Shown here: positions 51,091 through 60,420 of the stretch, piece by piece
Layout of the letters: every line of letters begins with the position of its first letter
Position numbering within the stretch: position 1 is the stretch's first letter
Origin: Podarcis muralis
Taxonomy: Eukaryota
NCBI RefSeq assembly: GCF_964188315.1
Contig: NC_135666.1
Coordinates: forward strand, 29,140,001 to 29,204,000
Direction of reading: 5' to 3'
DNA: 64,000 nucleotides
Position numbers and translations under genes: made by a program
Notes under the pieces: generated by a model
The model's input: the letters and a program-made list of their open reading frames with translations, nothing else
The model's database searches: none
Told to the model about the DNA's origin: nothing

Positions 51091-51869
51091 CAGGGCCGGA
51101 TTTAGGTTTGATGAGGCCCTAAGCTACTGAAGGTAATGAGGCCCTTTATATGTCCAGCTGTCATTTGCCAACAACAAATTGTCATTTTTTGTGTTGAATA
51201 TATGCTACTGTATATGGTAATTGATGGACCTAAAGCCATTTGCACATACAGAATGCAGGCACCCTATATATAGAAATGAGAAAACCAGTGATATTTTAGG
51301 GAGTAGACTAGCAGGCAGGGCCCATTACTTACATCATAGGAGCCTACACAACACAAAACACTCTTGCTGTATGTAGGTTTTACAGTGGTGCCCCGCAAGA
51401 CGAATGCATCGCAAGACGGAAAACCCGCTAAACGAAAGGGTTTTCCGTTTTGGAGGTGCTTCACAAGACGAATTTCCCTATGGGCTTGCTTCGCAAGACG
51501 AAAATGTCTTGCGAGTCTTGCCATTTCCCCCCCCGCTCCCCCCCCTTTTCAAAGCCGCTAATCCGCTAATAGCCTTTTAGCAGCTTAGCCGCTAATCCTT
51601 TAATAGCCACTAAGCCACTAAACCGCTAATAGCGCTAATCCTCTTAGCCGCTAATGGGGTTGCTTCGCAAGACGAAAAAACCGCTAGACGAAGAGAATCG
51701 CGGAACGGATTATTTTCGTCTTGCGAGGCACCACTGTATTTTATTTGTTTTTTATCTTATATTTTGGAAATGTACATCCAGTTTTTTCCCCTTTAATTTT
51801 TTTTGGGGGCCCCAAGAGAGTGGGGCCCTAAGCTATAGCTTGTTTAGCTTATACGTAAATCTGACACTG
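51091..51869 (+). mobile_element. hAT MITE (family B), complete, carrying a nested mariner MITE
   Basis: TIRs CAGGGCCGGATTTA / TAAATCTGACACTG; perfect 8-bp TSD GTTGGGAT at 51083-51090 and 51870-51877. Confidence 0.9.
51383..51736. mobile_element. Tc1/mariner MITE (family C) nested in the hAT MITE
   Basis: 22-bp TIRs CAGTGGTGCCCCGCAAGACGAA / TTCGTCTTGCGAGGCACCACTG (21/22), TA on both sides, many GCAAGACG and GCCGCTAA subrepeats. Confidence 0.92.
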
Positions 51870-52169
51870 GTTGGGATGCCTGTGTTAACATTTAGCCTGT
51901 GGATGTTTAAATGTGCTTTGGAAGGCACCCCCCCCCCCAGTGCTTCCTGCAGTAGTTTAAAAGCTGACTCATGTATATTATAGTGGTTGCACACAACTGC
52001 TAAATTAGGGGTAACATGAACATAGTGTTACTAAGGTTGTGCACCACCCCAATGGTAGCAGAATTCCAGGGACACCCAGGCACTTACCCTGGGTCTTATT
52101 TCCATTGGGAATCAAGATGCCATGGAGACTTTCATGTCTTTAAGAAATATGGTGTATAATTAACACATA

Positions 52170-52395
52170 CAGTGGAACCTCGGGTTAAGTACTCAATTCG
52201 TTCTGGGGGTCCGTTCTTAACCTGAAACTGTTCTTAACCAGAAGCACTACTTTAGCTAATGGGGCCTCCCGCTGCCGCCGTGCCACCAGAGCACAATTTC
52301 TGTTCTCATCCTGAAGCAAAGTTCTTAATCCGAGGTACTATTTCTGGGTTAGCGGAGTCTGTAACCTGAAGCAACTGCAACCCGAGGTACCACTG
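52170..52395. mobile_element. Tc1/mariner MITE (family A, copy 2)
   Basis: CAGTGGAACCTC / GAGGTACCACTG with TA flanks; aligns to the copies at 18254 and 55426. Confidence 0.9.
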
Positions 52396-53223
52396 TATTT
52401 ACAACCTGGGTGCAGTTGGGAGAACTGCAGTGTTTATAGCATTTGCATCTCAAGAGGACTTTGTCCTTCAGCGTTGCATTCAGAAGCTCTCTACGCACCA
52501 TCTCTGTGCTTCTGCCCCAATGTCAGGGACCAGCAGGACACTGATGAATGTGCACCAGGAGAAGTGGGACTGGAGTCTGATTTGGGAGAGGGAGTCAGAG
52601 ATTTGTGGTGACCTGTACCAGCCAGGAAGCAACAGTCAGAGGCAAGGGATGCTACAGAGCTGGAAGGTGGAGCACAGGATGGATCAGAAGAAGAGGACGA
52701 AGAGAAGCAAAGGACTGGGTGCTTCCTCACCTTCTCCTGTACCATTGCCTCCCAGAACCAGGAGGGGATTGTGTTTGCTGTTGATAGATAGGGCCATGAT
52801 TATTATACTGTAGAATTCATTGCATGGTTTGAACTAGGGTTTGAACTATTGACAGTTTTGTTAGTTATTATGCTCTCAATATGGACCATTTCTCATGTTT
52901 TTAAATTGTTCTGGCTTTTGTTTAAGCCACATTGAGACCTCTGGTATAAGGTAACAGGCAAGTTAAATTAATAAATAAATTACTCACTTACATACACAGC
53001 TAAACCTGGATTTATTGAGATACAAAAATAGAAAAAAATGATGTTGTTGTTTGATGGTCTGGCCATCAGGAGTGTCTGGTTTCAGAGATTTGTTAATGAC
53101 TTGTTCCCCCTGTGTGTTCATATAGAATTAGTTTTTTTACATGGAGCAAAAAATTCATAACTATGTATTCATAAACAGCATCTTCCTCAGAAAATCACTA
53201 ATAATGTAACATTAAAATCCTCA

Positions 53224-53333
53224 TGAGCCTGACCAAACTGCGGGAGGCAGTGGAAGACAGGAGTGCCTGGCGTGCTCTGGTCCATGGGGTCACGAAGAGT
53301 CGGACACGACTAAACGACTAAACAACAACAACA
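53224..53333 (+). mobile_element. Bov-B/RTE LINE extreme 3' fragment with TSD
   Basis: GAGCCTGACCAAACTGCGGGAGGC...GGACACGACTAAACGACTAAACAACAACAAC; 10-bp TSD AAAATCCTCA at 53214-53223 and 53334-53343. Confidence 0.92.
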
Positions 53334-53904
53334 AAAATCCTCAGGGTTGAAAAAGAAAAAAAAGTCACCAGCTATGTACATGCGACACAATTATACATAA
53401 ATTAACCAGTAATTCAAAGCATGTTTGGAGAAAAATATATAAAGTCCCTGCAGCTAGGAGAATTATGTTATCTTCGCCGCTCTTTTGAGATGAGTAAGCT
53501 GTCACATTTCTTTGCTACACACTTTTATCTCAGCCTTGCAAGTGCCATGCTAATAAGCGGGCGAGTTCAGCAGCTCATGTGGCTCAGGCAGCTGGCATGA
53601 GAGTAAAGAAAAACGCTGTAAGCCATGAATATATTATATCACGAAACTATCATTACCAAATGGGAGTTCAGAGGGAGGTGGGTTGCCTCAGAGGGTACTG
53701 GAGCCTACTTCAAACGGAGCCTCTTTTGGAATTATTCAAACATTTTTTTCTCCAAAAAAATTAAATTGTATTTGATTTTTTTAAATGATACATTATTTTA
53801 AATACATTAAAAAAATACATTATCCCGAGTGGGGCCTGCAAAAAAGTGTTAACGGTGAGAAGCACTCCCTGCTTAGGCTTCCATTTTCATCGCTACATTC
53901 TGCT

Positions 53905-53995
53905 CCAGAGCCAGAGAGGTATAGTGGTTAGAGTGTCTGACAAGGACCAGGGAGACCAGAGTTCGAATCCCCGCTCAGCCATGAATCTCAGTGGG
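53905..53995 (+). mobile_element. tRNA-derived SINE head (Squam3/MIR-like)
   Basis: GGTATAGTGGTTAGAGTG (A box) ... GAGTTCGAATCCCC (B box), followed by SINE body rather than a tRNA 3' end. Confidence 0.6.
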
Positions 53996-54597
53996 TGTAG
54001 GTGCTGACTCCTAGGGGATACGGCACCCCAAATGTATTTTTTGAGGGGGGCTGGAGTGGGGAAGCTTGTAAGGAAGCATGGGGCAGATCTCTGCAGCCCA
54101 ACTGGCATCCCACAGCAAAAAGGGAAGGGGGCAAAAAGAAACGAAGGGCATATGGCTGTCTGTCTCACTCATCCCCCCCCCCCCCAACTCTCTGGCTGTT
54201 CCTTAAGTGGTACAAACCAAGAAGTCTGTGCAGCTTCTTTCGCAGCACCAGCTCGCCACCGCCGCCTCTGGCCCCTGTGCGCAATTGCAGCCACTTTCTC
54301 TGCACCTCTCAGCTCTGCAAAATAGTTTCCAGCCCCAGAAGGGCTCAGTGAAAGCACCCACGTCAAAACATTTTGCTTTCCACAGATAAATCACAAGATA
54401 TGGAAAGGGAAAAACAGGTGCCAGTACTGTGTGCCGGTGAGTACCGCCAGAAAAAAAAAGCCCTGAACTTCTCACTCAGCTCTGATGTGTTAGTTTTTGG
54501 TCTCTTCTCGTGCATCCTTCAGCTTATGCACATATTATTTCATTCACACGATGAGGCAGAAGACAACTTCATTCAGAGCATAAATTCTCATTCAGAG

Positions 54598-54600
<3 letters not shown>

Positions 54601-54676
<76 letters not shown>
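54601..54676. repeat. (TG)16(AG)22 compound microsatellite
   Basis: Direct reading. Confidence 0.95.
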
Positions 54677-54680
<4 letters not shown>

Positions 54681-55425
54681 TGAATGAATATGAGGGAACA
54701 CTGAACTGCAGGCCTGGCCCTGTTGTGAGGCACACAGAATCTCTTATCACAGACCGTGAATTGGAAGAGATGGCCAAACGAATGCACCCCATGTTGCTTG
54801 CCTGAGTCCCTGCAACTGCCCAGCCGCTTCTGCCAGCTGCTGCCACTGCACCAGCCCCTGCCATCTGCAGCCTCTTGCCCAGACACTCCACCTGCTGGGT
54901 ATATTTCACAATGATGCCAGCTGCCTGCTGGGCCTGTGGGGAGCTTTCCTGATGAGTTTCTTTATCTCTCTCATTTTAAGTGCAGCAGGCACATCTGTTA
55001 AGTCTGCAAATGCTGCAAGGTTTTGCCAAAGCCTTGAGAGATTTTACTGGCAGGTTCGGGGAAGTCTTGTCAGACTTGGAGCAACTTCTGTATGCCACGG
55101 TGGCATCTGTGGTAAGTAGCTGCTGGCAGTGCAGCAGGGCATAGGGTGGCAGAGTGTGTGGGGTGACACTGCTACTGCTCTGTCTCAGGTGGAGAAATGA
55201 AGCTGCTGAACTGCAGTTGTGTTGGAAGTAGTCAGGTGTTATGTCCTACTTGGTTCATTGCAGGAGACTGGAAAACTGCAATAGTGTGACTGACAAATTG
55301 ATCTCCTTTGGGAGGCATTCATCAAATTCAGGGATGGGGAGAACAGCTAGAGTCTAAAGTTGTGTACAACACAACATCAGGGCTGTGTTGGTGTTTGAAT
55401 GCCCAACATGGTGGATTTCTACAGT

Positions 55426-55667
55426 CAGTGGTACCTCGGGTTAAGTACTTAATTCGTTCTGGAGGTCCGTTCTTAACCTGAAACTGTTCTTAACCTGAAG
55501 CACCACTTTAGCTAATGGGTCCTCCCGCTTCTGCTGCGCTGCCGGAGCACAATTTCTGTTCTCATCCTGAAGCAAAGTTCTTGACCTGAGGTATTATTTC
55601 TGGGTTAGTGGAGTCTGTAACCTGAAGCGAATGTAACCTGAAGCGTAAGTAACCTGAGGTACCACTG
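55426..55667. mobile_element. Tc1/mariner MITE (family A, copy 3)
   Basis: CAGTGGTACCTC / GAGGTACCACTG; TA on the right; the left side has TA plus a duplicated CAGT. Confidence 0.9.
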
Positions 55668-56940
55668 TATCTGGTAGAAATTGAAATTGTAATTGTAATC
55701 AACTCATAATTTTTGGTTAAAGATTCCCTAAGCTATTACTGCAATTTAAACTTGGTTTGATATTGTTTCAATTATGTTTGTATGCAGCCTTGGAAGGGCT
55801 TTGCATAAATAATAAAATAAAATTTGACAGTATAATGTTTACACCACAGCCTTTCCTTTTAAATGACCCAGGAGGTCAAATAAAGAGCAGGCTATGGCAC
55901 AGAACCTGGTCAATGGTCAGGGATGATGGGAATTATAATTCAAAAATATCTGAAGGTCCACAGCTTCCCTGTCCTGGCAATTAATGGGAAGATGGCTGAT
56001 CCCTCTCCCTCCTTCTCCCGCATCCTGGTATTAACCTTAGAGACATTGTTCCACTTTTCACAAACATTTGTATGTATGTTTGTTTTTTAATGTCTCAATT
56101 GCCAAGTTGCTACGAAGCACTACAGATACTCTGCTTGGACTCAAGTTTGCTTTGTTTAGATCCTGTTTTGCCATGTAGAAGTCCCAAATCTCCTTGAGGC
56201 ACCCTGCATCAATTTTTCAGGATTTGTCCAAATCCAACACACAACTCTAGTTCAAAGTACTCCTCTGCAGTCTGTGAAGTGATGGGCTGTTCACAATATG
56301 AAGCCTTAAGTACTCGATGTGCATAAATTTATGAGCATGTCCCTGGTAAGTAGAAACATTTGGAGCATATCTTACCAGGAATTTCCAAGCAACCAAACCA
56401 GTGCTACTTGGCAGATATTATCCCCTAAAATAATTTCTAGCTTATGCTCAGTAGTGGATTTTTATCTAATTGCAGGTCACATATTTAATTATAGAGAGAG
56501 ATCTGACAGGGGTTGATACTGCTCTTACCGTTTCTCTCAGCCTTGAAATTATTATTATTTAAATCTTTGCACACTTTCAATGAGAGTTCACTTTCCCTCT
56601 TCTACTGTTATCTACCACATTATTTTTTTCCTAGGGCTGGAATATCAAGCATGGCAACAATACCTTGCAACCAGTTTTGCATCGCAGATTAATATCACTA
56701 ATCACAATCATGTCACTCCTGACTAATTGCCATCAAGGAAACATCCTTGACAAAGGATTGTGTCAAGTTATTTTCCTCTTAAAAAACAGGCTCATGGCAA
56801 CTGAATGACACACCTGTCCCATTATTGATGTTTGTAACATTATTTACCTTTTAAAGTGTGGCCTAAATCTGTCTGCTGCAATTCAGAGCAAGGCAACCTG
56901 CCATTGAAAATGAGTTTGTGAAACAACAGCACAAATGGTT

Positions 56941-56942
<2 letters not shown>

Positions 56943-56974
<32 letters not shown>
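56943..56974. repeat. (GT)16 microsatellite
   Basis: Direct reading. Confidence 0.95.
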
Positions 56975-56975
<1 letters not shown>

Positions 56976-57197
56976 TGAATTGCCATTGGGAATGCAGAAC
57001 AGAAGGGAAACACATTCTAGCCTCCACTGTTGGCCTGGGGACCAAGGATGTCCTGGGAGGCTGCACCTCCTGCCTCCCTGAAGGAGCAGAATGGGAAGGG
57101 GGAGAGAAGCAGCCTGGCCCATCCCTTAGCCAAGGAGCTTTGCTTCTCCTCTTCCTGCCAGAAAGAACACTCATCTCAAGCTGCTAGACACCATGGG

Positions 57198-57615
57198 TGT
57201 CAGGTGTGCATGCAGCAGCCAGGCCCTGTGACCAGGCCTGGGGCCTTCTTAAGTTTGTTCTGAAGAGGCAAGGTGCAGCCTCACAGGTGAGGCTGATTGG
57301 TAACTTACAGCACCTGGTGGCAAGAGCTGGGAAGGGATATAAGGTCAGCATTTCCCTTCAGCTCTTTGCCACAGCAAGACGTTCCCTGCCTTGCTGCATT
57401 TGGTTCCTTGACTCCTTGCTCCTCGGACCCCTGCCTTTGTGACTCATTGCTTCTTGACCCTCGGCCCCTTGGCTTCTTGACTCCCGGATCTCTGACCCTC
57501 GGACTCTTGGCCTCCTGGCTTCTGGACTCCCGTTCCTGCTCCCACCCCGCCATCTTGCCGCCGGTGCCAACATCCCCAGCCAGGACTTTGATCGCCCGTG
57601 AACCAGACTGGGACA
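57198..57615 (+). mobile_element. Solo LTR (418 bp)
   Basis: TGTC...GACA termini; perfect 5-bp TSD ATGGG (57193-57197 and 57616-57620); internal GATTGG (57295-57300) and GATATAAG TATA-like box (57336-57343). Confidence 0.8.
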
Positions 57616-57993
57616 ATGGGACTGCAAAGCAGCAGTGACTCGTGTGGTGAAGTGAGTCGGCTTTCTAATACTAGAGTTGCTTCAGGAGGGCTGGCCCATC
57701 CATGAGGCAGACTGAGACAGACGACTCAGGTGGTGGAATGCAAGGGACGCCTCTGCAGGTGCCCACCACCACCATGGGAGAAGCAAGGAACAGTGGCGGT
57801 GGCAGCTTCTAGGTTCTGGCAAGATCTGGTGGAGGCCTTGTGCAGCCTTCCTGAGACCCCAGCAAAATCACACGAAGCCTCCGTGCGACTGGACGCAGGG
57901 CTCTCATGAGATCTCACAGGAACTTGGAAGCTGCAGTTACGCAACTCCAGTAAGTGGAGGGTGGTGGTGGTGGCACCACGAGGGCGGTTGGTG

Positions 57994-58173
57994 CAGTGGC
58001 GTAGCGTGGGGGGTGCAGGGGGGGCCGGCCGCACTGGGCGCAACATCTGGGGTTAGGGCAAATCCACAGGTTAGGGGGCGCAAATCCACGGGTTAGGGGG
58101 CGCAAATCCATGGGTTAGGGGGCGCAAATTACTTGCCTTGCCCCGGGTGCTGACAACCCACGCTACGCCACTG
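57994..58173. mobile_element. hAT MITE (180 bp) with internal 22-bp tandem repeat
   Basis: Perfect 17-bp TIRs CAGTGGCGTAGCGTGGG / CCCACGCTACGCCACTG; TSD GGTTGGTG / GGTTGGTA (7/8). Confidence 0.9.
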
Positions 58174-59093
58174 GGTTGGTACCTTCCCATTTCAGTTCAG
58201 GCGGTGAAATGCAGCAGGCCACCCTTGACTTCAGTTGAGCTGTCTGCACAGCAGCCCTGCCATTACTGCCGCCCTGCCCTGCCCCAGCCCAGGAAGGCTG
58301 CAACAATGCTGGTTTTTGGAAGTTGTCACTGAGCAACTGATGGAAAGTCCACTCTGGCCCTATCCATCAGGCAGAGGACGAAAGGTTGTGCCGTTTGTGT
58401 TTGAAGGTTTCCTGGGTTTGGGGTATCATTGCAGCCTGTTGCAAGCCACCTTGAGAATAATTCAGGAGCAGCTGGCATGGTGCTGTGTGCTCACCCACTT
58501 GACACTGGTGCTTACCAGGCAGGGCAGGACAGCAGCGAGGTTAGGGCTGCACAAACACATCCAATAGAGGGCCAGATGTGTATGTGGGCACAGCCCTGAA
58601 CTCACCAATACCCTACCCTGATAAATGGCAGCAGTGCCACTGTCAGTCAAGGGGCAATGTGGTAAATCTCCAATTGGAAATAAAGGAGCACTCACCACCA
58701 AATGGGATTGGTATGGAGAGGCAGGAATAAATGGAGGTTGTATGGTAGGGCCAGTTAGCTTCAACTGGCTGCCTTCCATATTATGTTTAACTACTGCCAG
58801 AGCTAGTGCAGTTCAGCAACTGCAAACACACACACAAGATGAGTTCTGTGGCACCCTGAAGATCAGACTTTTCCATGGCATCTGTTTGGGTGCAGCAGAA
58901 AACAGACTTTGCCAGGTGCATGACACACTCTCCTCAGCTAGTAAATACTATTTGCCAACAACAGACGATAAGACTTCGCACTCCTTCTCCGATTCTTATG
59001 CCACGAAATCAATTTCCCTCATAATAAATCTGTAGCTCTTTAACAAGGTGCCGCAAAACTCTCACGCTTGCTTCTGTGCGTCTTGGTTCCCAG

Positions 59094-59259
59094 CAGGCGC
59101 CTGCTGCCAACTATCTCCCCTCTCCCCCCCCCATGAAATATTGAGGGGGCAAGCCCCGCCCCAAGTTGAGGGACACTGTCATTCAAATGGTGCGTGTGCG
59201 CCATGTCATGAACCTGGCCTTACCTACCCACCAATCTCTTATTCAAGTTGGCACCCCTG
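59094..59259. mobile_element. hAT MITE fragment related to 1-185
   Basis: Right end CAAGTTGGCACCCCTG and internal AATATTGAGGGGGC shared with the element at 1-185. Confidence 0.45.
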
Positions 59260-59399
59260 TTCCCCTCACCTTAGGCCCTAATGGCCTGTTTAGGGAAGCT
59301 TTTAATGTTTAATGAGTTATTATATTTTAGTGTTTTGTTGGAAGCAGCCCAGAGTGGCTGGGGAAACCCAGCCAGATGGTCGGGGTATAAATAAACAAC

Positions 59400-59408
59400 A
59401 ACAACAGC

Positions 59409-59441
<33 letters not shown>

Positions 59442-59603
59442 TAATAATAATTATTATTATAACATAGGAAGCTGCTTTATACAACAACAACAACAACAAC
59501 AATTAATAATAATTATTATTATAACATAGGAAGCTGCTTTATACAACAACAACAACAACAACTAATAATAATTATTATTATAACATAGGAAGCTGCTTTA
59601 TAC
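59400..59603. repeat. Three tandem copies of a ~60-bp unit (CAA)n-TAATAATAATTATTATTA-TAACATAGGAAGCTGCTTTATA
   Basis: Unit cores start at ~59441, 59503 and 59562. Confidence 0.92.
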
Positions 59604-59735
59604 CTAAGCCTGACCTTAGTGCTGCCTACACAGACTGGCAGCAACTCTCCAGGGCTTTATACCCAACCCTCTCTGGGATGCCAGGAGTTAGATCTGGGCC
59701 CTTCTGCACGCCAAGCACATGCTCTGAGCTGCCGC
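59578..59735 (-). mobile_element. Squam2-like tRNA-derived SINE
   Basis: The reverse complement ends TATAAAGCAGCTTCCTATGTT and matches the plus-strand copy at 62227-62386. Confidence 0.6.
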
Positions 59736-60420
59736 TTCCCCGCGGAGTGCGGGGACGGCGAGAGTCTGCAGGGGGCGGGCCGGGGAGATGTCAGTGCCAG
59801 GGCCCAGGCTGGAGGGAAGCGGCGGCGGCGGCGGCGGTTGCTGGGCGGAGCCAGCCAGGCCGGCGTGAGGCAGCACATTTCTCTCCGCGGCGGCAGCAAC
59901 AGCAACAGCACCGCCGGATCTCACGCCGCGAAGCAGCAGCAGCAGCAGCTTCATCCTCATCCTCATCTCCCCGGGCAGCTGGAGCCGCCCGGGACGCAGC
60001 CTCTCTCTCCAGCGTCTCGCCTTCCTCGGGGGCAGGCTGCACGTCCAGGCTAGGATTAGCGTGCCAAGGTAAAATGCTGAGCCGGGTGCGCGCGGGTCTC
60101 TGTGGGTGGTGATGCCCTTCAAGCAACGGGGGGGGGGGGGGAGATGCTGCAGCTAGATCGCACCCCCGTCCCCTCCCTCGGGCTGCAGAAGACCTCTCGG
60201 TTTCTCCCGTGCAACCCGAGACTTCCCCTCCATCGGCAGGTCTGGGCTTCAGTCTAGTTCCAGGAGCATCAGCTGGCAAGGGCTTGGTGGGCGGGAGTTA
60301 TTAGAGTATTGCGGGGTTTATTTTTTTCCGATAGGAGCAGATCGCAAAATAGTGTGGATTTTAATTCCCAGGGGCGCACCCAAAGTCTTCAGGAGGCGCT
60401 GCTGCCTGCCCCCATTCAGG
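59720..60420 (+). promoter_or_regulatory. CpG-island promoter, probably of DYNC1I1
   Basis: High CpG/GC content, GC box GGGGGCGGGC 59771-59780, and GCG/AGC triplet runs. The identity is inferred only from the head-to-head PDK4-DYNC1I1 synteny known in mammals. Confidence 0.6.
59790..60068 (+). other. Putative non-coding first exon (5'UTR) of DYNC1I1; start approximate
   Basis: Splice donor CCAAG|GTAAAA at 60068/60069 inside the CpG island. No DYNC1I1 coding sequence (MSDKSDLK...) is present in the window, consistent with a non-coding exon 1. Confidence 0.45.

Noticed and set aside
52521-52855. TG...CA-bounded purine-rich segment resembling an LTR (similar segments at ~40450-40680 and ~43290-43480)
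   Set aside because: No matching TSD or clear termini; probably repeat-derived, but I cannot support a specific call.
53905-53995. tRNA-like A/B boxes here and at 17760-17819, 50677-50750 and 62227-62280
   Set aside because: All continue into SINE bodies and lack a complete cloverleaf; they are SINE heads, not tRNA genes.
54569-54886. VCDKRFCVPH resembling an AN1 or piggyBac Cys-rich motif
   Set aside because: Cys/His spacing is incomplete, the frame runs into a microsatellite, and there are no supporting splice sites or homology.
58050-58130. Regularly spaced repeats (also 39251-39560 and 59400-59603) considered as CRISPR-like arrays
   Set aside because: They are tandem repeats without unique spacers, in a vertebrate genome with no cas genes.
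59619-60279. Overlapping 144-162 aa ORFs with poly-Q/poly-A/poly-R runs
   Set aside because: Stop-poor GC-rich CpG island with triplet repeats, open in several frames on both strands; no resemblance to the DYNC1I1 N-terminus (MSDKSDLKAELERKK).
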